Part shown: positions 26,975 to 36,376 of the stretch, in pieces
Layout: each line of letters begins with the position of its first letter
Position numbering within the stretch: the first letter of the stretch is position 1
NCBI GenBank assembly: GCA_965652925.1
Contig: CBFGXL010000001.1
Location: 23,821 to 87,820, forward strand
From: an uncultured bacterium
GTDB taxonomy: Bacteria > Patescibacteriota > Minisyncoccia > Phycocordibacterales > UBA918
Direction: 5' to 3'
DNA: 64,000 nt
The notes under the pieces: model-generated
Database searches by the model: none
Told to the model about the DNA's origin: nothing
What the model saw: the letters and a program-made list of their open reading frames with translations, nothing else
Program-made: the position numbers and the translations under genes

Positions 26975-28447
26975 TCAGAACGTGAACCTGCGTACTTTCC
27001 AGTGCTCTCCTTCACGCAAAATCTCACCGAACTGCATTTCTCCGTTTGGCAGGAACAACTTGCTTTCTGTCATACTCCCCGCACTGACTATCGGAATGGC
27101 ATTCCACACCGCACTTACTTTAAGCATCGCATCAAGCTGATACTCAAGCGAAAATGGATCAACGAACCACGAATGGGAGATGGGATGAGCAATGAACGCA
27201 GGATCTCGGAAGTGCTGTGCATGACGTACTCCATAAGGAACCATTGTTTCAAAACAGAACAATATTCCGGGCAAATGTTTGGGGTATCGCGCATCATCTG
27301 AAGCTATCCCTGGCTTGAAACGTGCAAAGTCATTGACTTGCTTCTCCTCCTCACTAGACAGAAAGAATGAAAGAAGAAACCGGTACATGTAGGACAAATA
27401 CTCACCCTGTGGAACAAGGTACCGTTTGTCGACAAAATAGACTCCGTTGTCACGCAGATCATACATATACGAACGCAATACATCAGTCCCTCTGTCATCA
27501 ATAGCCGGACCGCTGTCGACAATAACGATGTCTGTCTTTTCTGTTTGTGCATGAGCCCATGCTATAAGCGCCTCATCTGTAGCAAAACCTTTGCGAAATT
27601 GTGCTTCCTCTGAAAGGATTATTGCATCAGGGTTTTGCCTGAGCGCATATCCAACCGCTTCTTCTAATGCTTCATGTTTTATAAGCGCAGCTCCTTCCTG
27701 TGAATCGAATTGATGATCAAAATACATTTCGATCGCGATCACTTCTGTGCCCGTGTTTTGATTCTTGTGCACAGCAAACGGTGGTACCAGAAAAGAGAGA
27801 ATAACCACCATTCCTGTAAGGACAAGTGCCGCTGCTTGAACTTTCCTCTTTTGATTACACAAAACAAAAGCACCCGTGCCGATCAGTGCTGCTAAATAAG
27901 AAAGTCCATACACACCCGCTAGTGATGCAAACTGCAGCAGATGTGGTTCTTCAGCAAGAAGATATCCGAGGTAGCCGTAGCTGAACCCGACGTTTAAAAA
28001 ACTACCAGGACCAAACGCATAGACAGAAAACAAAAAAGAACGGAATAGCTCAGAAGCGACCCACAACACGGGGACCAAAATTAATAGTCGAGGGACATTA
28101 TTGATGCACATGCGGGCCAAAAGCACAAAAACTCCGCCACTTAACCCCATTGCGATTGAAGTTAAGACCCAGTACACCCCGATGGCAGACAACTGGATGG
28201 CAACGGGCGCATCCGCTAACCACTGTATTGGGAACGTACTCCACACCCAGAAGAAAGAACCTGCATAATGCAGTGTCCCCGTGAGTGTGCCGTAAGCAAA
28301 GAGCTTCAGGACTGAACGTTCAAGCGTGATGCCATAGAGAAGAAATATAAAGGCAGGAATAAAACACCAAAAGCATGATGAGTATATAAACGCGACGGCA
28401 AAAAAAAGACCGCTCAGGGTAAAAACCATCAGTGGATGCATCGTCAT
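26975..28447 (-). CDS. lnt: Apolipoprotein N-acyltransferase (Lnt): polytopic membrane domain plus CN-hydrolase domain
   Basis: N-terminal multi-TM region and a C-terminal nitrilase-like domain, with catalytic Cys in GILFCFETMVP (Lnt CYE-type motif). Start set at MTMHPLMVF (28447) because a terminator for the upstream gene lies at 28496-28542. TATAAT lies 7 nt upstream of that ATG. Confidence 0.75.
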   Translation of the reverse strand: MTMHPLMVFTLSGLFFAVAFIYSSCFWCFIPAFIFLLYGITLERSVLKLFAYGTLTGTLHYAGSFFWVWSTFPIQWLADAPVAIQLSAIGVYWVLTSIAMGLSGGVFVLLARMCINNVPRLLILVPVLWVASELFRSFLFSVYAFGPGSFLNVGFSYGYLGYLLAEEPHLLQFASLAGVYGLSYLAALIGTGAFVLCNQKRKVQAAALVLTGMVVILSFLVPPFAVHKNQNTGTEVIAIEMYFDHQFDSQEGAALIKHEALEEAVGYALRQNPDAIILSEEAQFRKGFATDEALIAWAHAQTEKTDIVIVDSGPAIDDRGTDVLRSYMYDLRDNGVYFVDKRYLVPQGEYLSYMYRFLLSFFLSSEEEKQVNDFARFKPGIASDDARYPKHLPGILFCFETMVPYGVRHAQHFRDPAFIAHPISHSWFVDPFSLEYQLDAMLKVSAVWNAIPIVSAGSMTESKLFLPNGEMQFGEILREGEHWKVRRFTF

Positions 28448-28495
28448 ACCATCATTATACGTCACGTAAATATCCAAAATACTAATAAATTGGAT

Positions 28496-28542
28496 AAAGC
28501 AAAAAGCGGCGCGCAGCATTTCAGAATGAAATACTGCGCGCC
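28496..28542 (-). terminator. Rho-independent terminator (long bipartite hairpin GGCGCGCAG...CTGCGCGCC plus TTTTT on the minus strand)
   Basis: 9-bp GC-rich outer stem with an inner ATTTC/GAAAT helix, followed on the minus strand by GCTTTTTGCTTT. Downstream of the 28547..29098 gene. Confidence 0.55.
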
Positions 28543-28546
28543 GCTG

Positions 28547-29098
28547 TCACCGCATCAGACCGCCCGTGTTAAAGGACGGTCCTGTGATGTCTTCGAAGTA
28601 GAAGAAACGGAGCGTGTTGTCCCCGGGGAACCGGAGAGCAACCCCTGCTGGAGCCATGTCAACAGACCGGAGGAGCAAGTGCGCCGGACGATTGTCCAGA
28701 TCTTCCTTTCTTGGAGGAAGCGTGAAGATGCTCGGCGTTGGCCCCATCACCTCCGTATCGACAGGAATGAACCCGGCGACAATGAGGTTGAGGTCTGAAG
28801 CGAACCAGTCGAACTGAGCCTGGGAATTGAATATCTTCCCCGGCTCCACGGCAGGCCCACCGTCGAACGTGAAGTACAGCCCCTTGCAGAGCCAAAGCTT
28901 GAACGTTCCTTCGGTGGTTTCCTCGACAGAGCCGTCTTGGGCGTATTCAAGCGTTCCGTACTTGCCGGAAAGCTGTGCGACACAGCCGCCGGCAGCACTG
29001 GTCGTCCCTTGCGCGATGTCCTGAGCAGATGCCAGAGAGACACTGGCGAGGCCCAAATTAACCGCAAGGCACAGAGCCAGACAGAAAAGTATACGCAT
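28547..29098 (-). CDS. Hypothetical secreted protein (184 aa) in a GC-richer segment
   Basis: Signal peptide MRILFCLALCLAVNLGLASVSLASA. About 58% GC versus ~47% in the flanking lnt and hisS. No family recognised. Confidence 0.5.
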   Translation of the reverse strand: MRILFCLALCLAVNLGLASVSLASAQDIAQGTTSAAGGCVAQLSGKYGTLEYAQDGSVEETTEGTFKLWLCKGLYFTFDGGPAVEPGKIFNSQAQFDWFASDLNLIVAGFIPVDTEVMGPTPSIFTLPPRKEDLDNRPAHLLLRSVDMAPAGVALRFPGDNTLRFFYFEDITGPSFNTGGLMR

Positions 29099-29257
29099 GT
29101 TCGCCTCCCTTGGCGTTTGCAAAAAACAGATGGCTAAACCAAAAGAGACTATAAATTGATTATATAAATATGTCAAGAGACAGCAAAAAGGGCGGCGCGT
29201 ACTTCTTTCTTTCGAAAGTTATACGCGTCGCCCTATACCTAGACTGCTCTGCATGGA

Positions 29258-29530
29258 TCACCAAACGGTGAGCGTCATGCCGAGGTCGTCCGGCGCGCAG
29301 AGATGCTTGGTTTCCGGAGTTTCCTCCAGAGTGTAGACGTACTTGCCGTCTTCCACCTCCTTGAGGCCGACGTCGCCGCAGAGCACCTGCTCGTTGTCGG
29401 CGATCACCAGCACCATGGGCTTGTCGGCGAGCTTGACCCAATCCAGATGAGTCACTTCGCTGGCATAAACCGGTGCGACGGTGCCGAGCATCAGAGCCGC
29501 ACAAGCGGCAACAACAATGTTCTTGTTCAT
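29258..29530 (-). CDS. Hypothetical small secreted protein (90 aa) in a GC-richer segment
   Basis: Strong SD GGAGGG 4 nt upstream, signal peptide MNKNIVVAACAALMLGTVAPVYA, about 62% GC. Confidence 0.5.
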   Translation of the reverse strand: MNKNIVVAACAALMLGTVAPVYASEVTHLDWVKLADKPMVLVIADNEQVLCGDVGLKEVEDGKYVYTLEETPETKHLCAPDDLGMTLTVW

Positions 29531-29747
29531 TCTTCCCTCCAGGGTTTGTTGAACAGATCAACGATTGATCTTGATAAGTACTATATACCATTATAAACAA
29601 TTTGTCAAGTACTCATCCCTTTAAAGGACTGTGTATAAGGCCAAAACCGCTACAAATTAGGAAAAACGCCCTACTAGGCCATTTTTCAAGGAGTCATACG
29701 GCATAAATTCATTTGCAGAAAAACAAGGCCTCCCATACAATCTTCAT

Positions 29748-30980
29748 ATGAATAAAGAAAAACTCTCAACGGATCCGTACAAGGGAGTCCGCGATTTCTA
29801 CCCTGAAGATATGGCTATACTTCAGTATATTTTCAGTGTATGGTCGCAGACGGCAGAATCATTCGGTTACGAGAGGTATGATGCATCTATATTAGAACCT
29901 GCCGAACTTTACCGCAGTAAAACCAGTGATGAGATAGTCAATGAACAAACCTATACTTTTATTGATCGAGGGGACCGCGAAGTGACTCTGCGCCCAGAAA
30001 TGACCCCGACAGTTGCACGTATGATCGCAGGAAAGCGACGCGAGCTTTCCTTCCCTGTCCGCTGGTACTCGATACCGAATCTCTTCCGGTACGAGCGTCC
30101 GCAACGCGGACGCTTGCGGGAACATTACCAGCTCAACTGTGATCTTTTTGGTGCAGATCACTTCAGTGCTGATGTTGAAATGATCGCACTTGCCTCTCAG
30201 CTGCTGCTTAATTTCGGTGCTGATCCAGACATGTTTGAGATTCGTATCAATGATCGAAGCTGGCTTGATGAAGTATTCTCCAACGAGGGATTCAATGAGG
30301 AACAAAAAAAGCAGATGCTTGCATTGCTTGATCGCAAAGAAAAAATCAATAATTTCAATGAAGAGGCGCTGAAGATCGCCGGCAAGCCATTTGCTCTACC
30401 AGCGAAGCTTGATGAGAACAGTAATCTAGCTCAGGTTATAGATGGCCTCCGGAAACTTGGCATTGAAAATGTGAAGGTGTCACCCTCTACAGTGCGTGGC
30501 TTCACGTATTATACCGGCACGATCTTCGAGATTTTCGATGTTTCAGGAGAGAACAACCGGTCATTGCTTGGCGGAGGACGTTATGACAATCTCACGGGAT
30601 TGTTTGGCGGAAATGCTATCTCAGGGATTGGCTTTGGTATGGGTGATGTTACCATGCGTGATTTCTTGGAGACACATGATCTCCTTACCTCTGGCATCAC
30701 CGCTCCGACACTCATGATCATCCCTACTGATAGTGAATTCAATCTTGAAGGACAACGTCTTGCTCAGGAATTCCGGGCCGCAGGCATAGCAACCGCAGTA
30801 GATATCTCAACAAAAAAGATCGGCAAGAAGATAAGCGACGCGGCTGATGCATTTGTCACCTATGCTTTGGTTCTTGGCGAAGATGAAGCATCTTCGCATA
30901 CTTATGTGGTGAAGAACCTTGGAGAGAAACAAGAATTTTCTGGTACACTTGCTGAACTTATTGCTAACATAGAGGCATAA
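29748..30980 (+). CDS. hisS: Histidyl-tRNA synthetase
   Basis: GVRDFYPED, class II motif 2 FRYERPQRGRLREHYQ, and a C-terminal anticodon-binding domain. TTGCAG-17-TACAAT ends 6 nt before the ATG, suggesting a leaderless mRNA. Confidence 0.9.
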   Translation: MNKEKLSTDPYKGVRDFYPEDMAILQYIFSVWSQTAESFGYERYDASILEPAELYRSKTSDEIVNEQTYTFIDRGDREVTLRPEMTPTVARMIAGKRRELSFPVRWYSIPNLFRYERPQRGRLREHYQLNCDLFGADHFSADVEMIALASQLLLNFGADPDMFEIRINDRSWLDEVFSNEGFNEEQKKQMLALLDRKEKINNFNEEALKIAGKPFALPAKLDENSNLAQVIDGLRKLGIENVKVSPSTVRGFTYYTGTIFEIFDVSGENNRSLLGGGRYDNLTGLFGGNAISGIGFGMGDVTMRDFLETHDLLTSGITAPTLMIIPTDSEFNLEGQRLAQEFRAAGIATAVDISTKKIGKKISDAADAFVTYALVLGEDEASSHTYVVKNLGEKQEFSGTLAELIANIEA

Positions 30981-31555
30981 TGCGATACATCGTTTTTGAC
31001 TTAGAAACTCAAAATATTTTTCAAGATGTCGGTTCAACCGATGTTACTTCGCTTGATATCTCAGTTGCATGCGTCTACGACTCCATTGATGACAAATACA
31101 CTACCGTGAGTGTCGATGAGCTTCATACACTCTGGCCAATAATAGAAAAGGCAGACGCACTAGTTGGATACAACAGCAACCACTTTGATATCCCATTGCT
31201 TAACAAATATTATCCAGGTGACCTCACACACATAAAGAGCATTGATATTCTCGAGTCAATCCGCGCCTCGCTCGGTCGCAGACTTCGACTCGACTCTGTG
31301 GCTCAAGCAACAGTGGGTGCAAAGAAAAGTGCTGACGGACTACAAGCTGTGCGCTGGTGGCGTGAAGGAAAGATCAATGAGATCAAAAAATACTGCGAGC
31401 AGGATGTCCGCGTGACTAAAAAAGTGTTCGACTATGCACTTGCTCATGGACATGTGCTTTTTAAAGACGGATATCGTAAGAGAGAGATACCCATTGATAC
31501 TTCTACTTGGTTGATCAAAGAAGACGCAACACTAACACACTCACTTCCCTTCTAA
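30980..31555 (+). CDS. DnaQ-like / PolB-type 3'-5' exonuclease superfamily protein (YprB-like)
   Basis: FDLET (Exo I-like DxE) and YNSNHFDIPLL (Exo II-like). 191 aa. The start ATG overlaps the hisS stop (TAATG). Confidence 0.6.
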   Translation: MRYIVFDLETQNIFQDVGSTDVTSLDISVACVYDSIDDKYTTVSVDELHTLWPIIEKADALVGYNSNHFDIPLLNKYYPGDLTHIKSIDILESIRASLGRRLRLDSVAQATVGAKKSADGLQAVRWWREGKINEIKKYCEQDVRVTKKVFDYALAHGHVLFKDGYRKREIPIDTSTWLIKEDATLTHSLPF

Positions 31556-31558
31556 TCT

Positions 31559-32368
31559 TTAGCCAAAAAAGAAAACAAACACGACAAAACACGCGAGTAT
31601 GATACGGTACCAGATGAATGGCCATAGCGTGTGTGTTTTAACAAATCGCAAAAGAAAATGTATTGCAAGGAGGCCAGTTATAAATGCTGTGATTGACCCA
31701 ACAAGCACCGTACCCCATGCAACTTGCTGATCAGCGACGATAAGCTCAAGCAGTTTCTTAAGGCCAGCGCCTGTGATGACAGGTAACGCCAAAAGAAATG
31801 CAAACCTCGCAGCTTCGCTTCTGTTTAGACCCATAAGCATGCCACCGGCTATGGTAGCTCCTGACCGTGACATGCCGGGTATTAAAGCAAGCACTTGGAA
31901 AAGCCCTATTTTGAAACCTGAGCTAATGTTCACTTCATTGGTACGCGGAGTTGTCTGATATTTATATTCAGCATATATGAAGAGTATCGAGCCTGCGACC
32001 AAAACTCCTGCAACCAGAAGTGGCGAGCGGAAAGCTGACTCCATAAGCGACTCGAGCATGAGTCCAAAAATCACCGCTGGAATTGTCGCAACCAAAAGCG
32101 CGTAGAGAAGCACTTCTTCTTTTTTATTGACCGGCAAGCGCCCTAGTTTGCGAAGTGCCGTTTGAGTAAGCAGCCAGATATCGGGAAAAAAATAGACAAA
32201 CACCGCGGCGACGGTTGCAAGCTGCAATACTGCATCGAACGCGAGACCTTGTGCATCGTTGAGCCCAAATACTGTACGAGCGAGAATAAGGTGGCCGGTA
32301 GAGGATACCGGAAGGAATTCCGTCAACCCCTGCACAATGCCGAGGATGAAAGCTTCAATCATTGACAT
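31559..32368 (-). CDS. uppP: Undecaprenyl-diphosphatase UppP (BacA)
   Basis: GLTEFLPVSSTGHL and GMSRSGATI signatures. 269 aa, 8 TM. Confidence 0.9.
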   Translation of the reverse strand: MSMIEAFILGIVQGLTEFLPVSSTGHLILARTVFGLNDAQGLAFDAVLQLATVAAVFVYFFPDIWLLTQTALRKLGRLPVNKKEEVLLYALLVATIPAVIFGLMLESLMESAFRSPLLVAGVLVAGSILFIYAEYKYQTTPRTNEVNISSGFKIGLFQVLALIPGMSRSGATIAGGMLMGLNRSEAARFAFLLALPVITGAGLKKLLELIVADQQVAWGTVLVGSITAFITGLLAIHFLLRFVKTHTLWPFIWYRIILACFVVFVFFFG

Positions 32369-32464
32369 AAGTGTATTGTAGCCTTATATAGAGGCATTTT
32401 CCAAGGAAACTGCTGTACAACTGTGGTATACTGCACGTATACAATTAATTATTGAATATATCTT

Positions 32465-33247
32465 ATGGACGAAACTCCGGAAGAAACACAGGCACAGGCC
32501 TCTGAATCATCTGCACCCAAGGCGACACGCCCTTCATTAGCAGTCCCGATTTCTATTGTTTTTGGTTTTGGTTTGGTTGCAGCAGCGATATTCTTCAATG
32601 GAAATCCTCTTCCATTTACCACTCCCAACAACGAGGCTGCGGTTCTTGACTCAGACAACCCAACAACAGGAGAAATACGTCCCGTTGATGAAACAGACCA
32701 TATACGCGGCAATCCGAATGCACCTATTGTTATGATCGAATACTCTGATTATGATTGCCCATTCTGCAAGAACTTCCATGAGACGATGAAGCAGGTTATG
32801 AATACGTATGGTACCGATGGGAAGGTTGCGTGGGTGTACCGGCACATGCCTCTGGAACAACTGCACCCGAATGCGCCATACATAGCACAGGCCTCAGAGT
32901 GCGTTGCTGACCTCGGTGGCAGCGATGCGTTCTGGAAATTCAGCGATCTCGTATTTGGAGAGCGCGCAACAAATGAACCAACTAATACTGCGCGTTTGAA
33001 TGAATTCGCAACAACTGCCGGGGTAAGTGGTACTGCATTTGACGCCTGCATGGCCGAAGGACGAACCACGGCACGTGTAGAAGCCGACTTCGCTGATGCC
33101 CTGAAAGCTGGCGGCAAAGGAACTCCCTATACACTTGTGCTTGTCGGCGGACAGCAGGGTGTTATAAGCGGAGCGCAACCATACTCAACGGTAAGCAAGA
33201 TCCTCGATACACTCATTGCTCAGATCGAAGGTGGAGCACAAGAATAA
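32465..33247 (+). CDS. DsbA-family thiol:disulfide oxidoreductase (membrane-anchored)
   Basis: N-terminal TM and the thioredoxin-fold CPFC active site in YSDYDCPFCKNFH. Confidence 0.75.
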   Translation: MDETPEETQAQASESSAPKATRPSLAVPISIVFGFGLVAAAIFFNGNPLPFTTPNNEAAVLDSDNPTTGEIRPVDETDHIRGNPNAPIVMIEYSDYDCPFCKNFHETMKQVMNTYGTDGKVAWVYRHMPLEQLHPNAPYIAQASECVADLGGSDAFWKFSDLVFGERATNEPTNTARLNEFATTAGVSGTAFDACMAEGRTTARVEADFADALKAGGKGTPYTLVLVGGQQGVISGAQPYSTVSKILDTLIAQIEGGAQE

Positions 33248-33249
33248 CA

Positions 33250-33278
33250 AAAAGCCCTCAGTGATGAGGGCTTTTTGT
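33250..33278. terminator. Bidirectional rho-independent terminator (AAAGCCCTCA-gtga-TGAGGGCTTT)
   Basis: 10-bp stem flanked by A- and T-runs, between the convergent dsbA-like gene and the helicase-nuclease gene. Confidence 0.65.
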
Positions 33279-36200
33279 TATCTCTGTTGCAACATATGGA
33301 CATATGCACAGTAATCGCAGACTTTTTCATCGCAGGCAGATGTTAAGAATTCACCTCCAATGATCTGTTTTACTACGCTGATTATCTCCTGCTGAAGCTC
33401 GTGAATTTCTTCGGCAGTTATCTCAAATCTCTCCTCGTGGATCACTCCTTTGTTGTCCGGTTCAATAAAGGTGAGTACCCCTGTCTTACACACATAACGC
33501 TCATCCCCATACAATGAAAGGAGAAGAGCATAGAAAGTAAGCTGACGTTTGTATTCTCCATTCCCTGTCTGTGTTTTCCCTTCAATGACATTGCGTGTTT
33601 TGGGCTTCCCTGTCTTGTAATCAACAACCTGAATAACTCTTCCCTCGCCATCCATATCCAGCCGATCAAGTTTTCCGGTGAGCGTGAGTTCTGGGAATTC
33701 AGGTATTCCCGTTGGCATAGCAACATGGATGGAGAATTCTTCCACGGTATTCAAAGGGAGGGAGCTCGCCATGTGAGGTATATAGGAAAGCAAGGATTGC
33801 AGGCCTTTTTCATGTAGCTGAGTATACTCCTCCTCCGATAACGGAAGTTTCAACAGCGCAAGCTCAAGGTAATGCTTTATCTCCGAATCGCTCGGCATTT
33901 CCCCTTTTTTTGTGTGTGTGGCAGTCACCTTTTGCATAACTTCGTGTACGGCTGTCCCGAACAGAAGTGGCAGATCCTGCACCTCAGGTATCCGCAACAC
34001 ATTACGATAAAGATAATTCCATGGACTCTGCAAGTAATTATTGAGTGCGGTTGCTGAAAGCCCTCTTTCTTTGAGCATATGCTGCAGAAATGCCGGATCA
34101 ACCTGCGCTTTAACTTCAACCGCGGACAATGAGGCAGTAGGGCTGAATCGTGATTCGACCTCTTCAGTTGCAAGTGCTTTCATATGCTCAGACGCTATTT
34201 CACAAAGAAGCCTTGAGACAAGGAGTTTTTTCCCATCGCTGTTTGTATGAGCGTACGAAAGATGAAGCGATTCCTTTGCACGCGTCATAGCAACAAACAG
34301 AAGCCTCCGTTCATCGTCATAAGGGTCAAAGATCTCCGCGTCAATGTGTCGATTAAGCGGGACATCAAAGTATGTTCTGCGTACTGCCCCACCCCAATTA
34401 GAATCATGCACATGCGGGACAAAGACGTGCGAAAACTCAAGTCCTTTAGATTTATGAGCAGTCATAACCTGCACGGCATGTGCCTGTGTGGCAAGATATG
34501 GAGCATTCAAGGGAAGTTTATATTGGAAATATGATGTGAGCGAATCATGTACATCTTTCAGTGTGGCATGTTGCTTCTGAAGAGACAACGCCTCAAGCTC
34601 ATCATATAAGCGGCGAATGACTCTCCCATGCTCAACAGGGTCCGCGACTAACGCCATCTTCAACAATCCACTTTCTTGCAGCAGATATTCCAGGACACGG
34701 GCGGGGCTTTGTGTCATCTGACGCCTCTGAGCTTCTGCAAGCACCTGTGCTATTCGGGTAAATTTCTCTGGTTCTGCTACACCAAGTGTTCGCAATTTTA
34801 CCTCATCAGAAATCAAGCTCCACAACGATACGGAAAAATTGCGCGTAGTGAGCACTTTCAACAGATCATCTGTTTTTATTTCCCAATGTGCTCCATGCAA
34901 TAACGTAAATAAGGGCTTCTGTGAATCCACCTGCACCACTGCACCGATAAGATTAAAAACTGAAGTGGTCAGCGGGTGCTGCAGAATGTCTCCATCTGCA
35001 GTTGCTTCAACGGCAATACCCTTCTTGCGTAAAAGCGATGCAAACTGTTCGACCTCCCTGTTGGTACGTACAATGACAGCAATTTCTTCGCTCTTTACGC
35101 CACTATTGATACACCTCACAATAGTGTCCACCACCCAAGCATCCTCAACTATCTGATGAGAGAACGCCGCACTTACCACCTCACCTTTCGCTTCTGGCTG
35201 TGCCTGAAGCGGAATGCGCAATTCAGCTGCAGGTCCTTCCCCTGCCCTGATAAGGCTAAAAGCAGCGTCAAGAATGGTCTGACCTGATCTGTAGTTGTGG
35301 GTGAGTGCTACAGTCTTTGTGTGTGAGAAGGAATCTTCGAAATAAAGAAAATTCTCCAGAGATGCTCCTTGAAAACGATAGATCGCCTGTTTCTCATCAC
35401 CTACCACAAAGATGTTTGGGGTGTCATGGTATGCACACAGCAATTCCAAAATGCGATTCTGACTACCATTCACATCCTGATGTTCATCGGCGTGAATATA
35501 GTGATATTGCTCCTGCAGGTCCAGAAGCATGTCAGCATTCTCTTCGAGTGCCTTGATCGTTTCAACGATCATATCGTCGAAATCAAAAAGACGCTGCTCT
35601 TGAAGCAATGCTTCATAGAGTCGATAGACCAACAACAGTTCTTTGTTCTTTTCGATACTTTTCTCCTTCTTCTGGTATTCGCCACGAACCTTTCCTTTAT
35701 GGGCTCCCTTAGTGTGCATTTTCTCAATACCTGCAAGCGCATGCTCTTGCGTAGCGATGATAGATGCAAGACCATCAGGACTGATATTCTCCTGTTTCAT
35801 CGACGATAATATGCGTAAAAGGGGTGTGACATAGTATGAAGGGTCCCCGACGGGACGGAGCAGACGGAAACTGTTTGACTGCAGAATGCTCTCAATAAGA
35901 TCAATCTTCTCAAGGTCGGTCGCTGCTCTTCCGCCTATGATCCGTGTGTACGCATCGGGATAGGTGGAAATGAGCTGCTGGCAGAAACTATGAAAAGTTG
36001 CGATCTTAACGCGATACGCCCGCGTACCTGCATACAGTGCAAGACGTTCTCGCATAGCTGAGGCCCCTGACTCAGTAAAGGTGAGCGCAAGTATGTTTTC
36101 TGGCTGTACCTGCGTTTCAAGCAGTATCTTGGCAATGCGAAGCGTGAGTATCTGTGTCTTCCCTGTGCCCGGTCCCGCAATAACCATCACCGGCCCTTCA

Positions 36201-36298
36201 ATGGCATCAACCGCAGCCCTCTGTTCAGTATTCAAGGCATTGTATGCCCGTTTAAATGCCTCAGAAAGCTCCTCACCTTTGCGGTCGGTTTTTTGCAT
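33278..36298 (-). CDS. UvrD/PcrA-family SF1 helicase fused to a C-terminal PD-(D/E)xK nuclease with a Cys cluster (AddB/Cas4-like)
   Basis: N-terminal AGPGTGKT (Walker A) and UvrD motifs. The C-terminus has GKLDRLD...VVDYKTGK (PD-D/ExK) and SACDEKVCDYCAY. Start at MQKTDRK (36298); the longest ORF reaches 36370. About 1007 aa. Confidence 0.8.
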   Translation of the reverse strand: MQKTDRKGEELSEAFKRAYNALNTEQRAAVDAIEGPVMVIAGPGTGKTQILTLRIAKILLETQVQPENILALTFTESGASAMRERLALYAGTRAYRVKIATFHSFCQQLISTYPDAYTRIIGGRAATDLEKIDLIESILQSNSFRLLRPVGDPSYYVTPLLRILSSMKQENISPDGLASIIATQEHALAGIEKMHTKGAHKGKVRGEYQKKEKSIEKNKELLLVYRLYEALLQEQRLFDFDDMIVETIKALEENADMLLDLQEQYHYIHADEHQDVNGSQNRILELLCAYHDTPNIFVVGDEKQAIYRFQGASLENFLYFEDSFSHTKTVALTHNYRSGQTILDAAFSLIRAGEGPAAELRIPLQAQPEAKGEVVSAAFSHQIVEDAWVVDTIVRCINSGVKSEEIAVIVRTNREVEQFASLLRKKGIAVEATADGDILQHPLTTSVFNLIGAVVQVDSQKPLFTLLHGAHWEIKTDDLLKVLTTRNFSVSLWSLISDEVKLRTLGVAEPEKFTRIAQVLAEAQRRQMTQSPARVLEYLLQESGLLKMALVADPVEHGRVIRRLYDELEALSLQKQHATLKDVHDSLTSYFQYKLPLNAPYLATQAHAVQVMTAHKSKGLEFSHVFVPHVHDSNWGGAVRRTYFDVPLNRHIDAEIFDPYDDERRLLFVAMTRAKESLHLSYAHTNSDGKKLLVSRLLCEIASEHMKALATEEVESRFSPTASLSAVEVKAQVDPAFLQHMLKERGLSATALNNYLQSPWNYLYRNVLRIPEVQDLPLLFGTAVHEVMQKVTATHTKKGEMPSDSEIKHYLELALLKLPLSEEEYTQLHEKGLQSLLSYIPHMASSLPLNTVEEFSIHVAMPTGIPEFPELTLTGKLDRLDMDGEGRVIQVVDYKTGKPKTRNVIEGKTQTGNGEYKRQLTFYALLLSLYGDERYVCKTGVLTFIEPDNKGVIHEERFEITAEEIHELQQEIISVVKQIIGGEFLTSACDEKVCDYCAYVHMLQQR

Positions 36299-36376
36299 AA
36301 AATACAGTGTACTACAAAAAACACCGGAGCTCATAGAGGCAGTTCCGATGTTTTTTGATGTACTGTGCAAGCAAAG

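Noticed and set aside
29160-29600. 146-aa minus-strand ORF (RRQRAGALRRRRPQGGGRRQ...) and the 29303..29596 plus ORF
   Set aside because: Arg/Gly-rich alternative frames of the GC-rich 90-aa secreted-protein gene. The 29258..29530 frame has an SD and a signal peptide.
29601-29747. T-box riboswitch leader upstream of hisS
   Set aside because: The intergenic region is only ~150 nt, and a promoter-like -10 ends 6 nt before the ATG. This is inconsistent with a ~250-nt T-box leader, and no T-box consensus (AATTAGGGTGGNACCGCG) is present.
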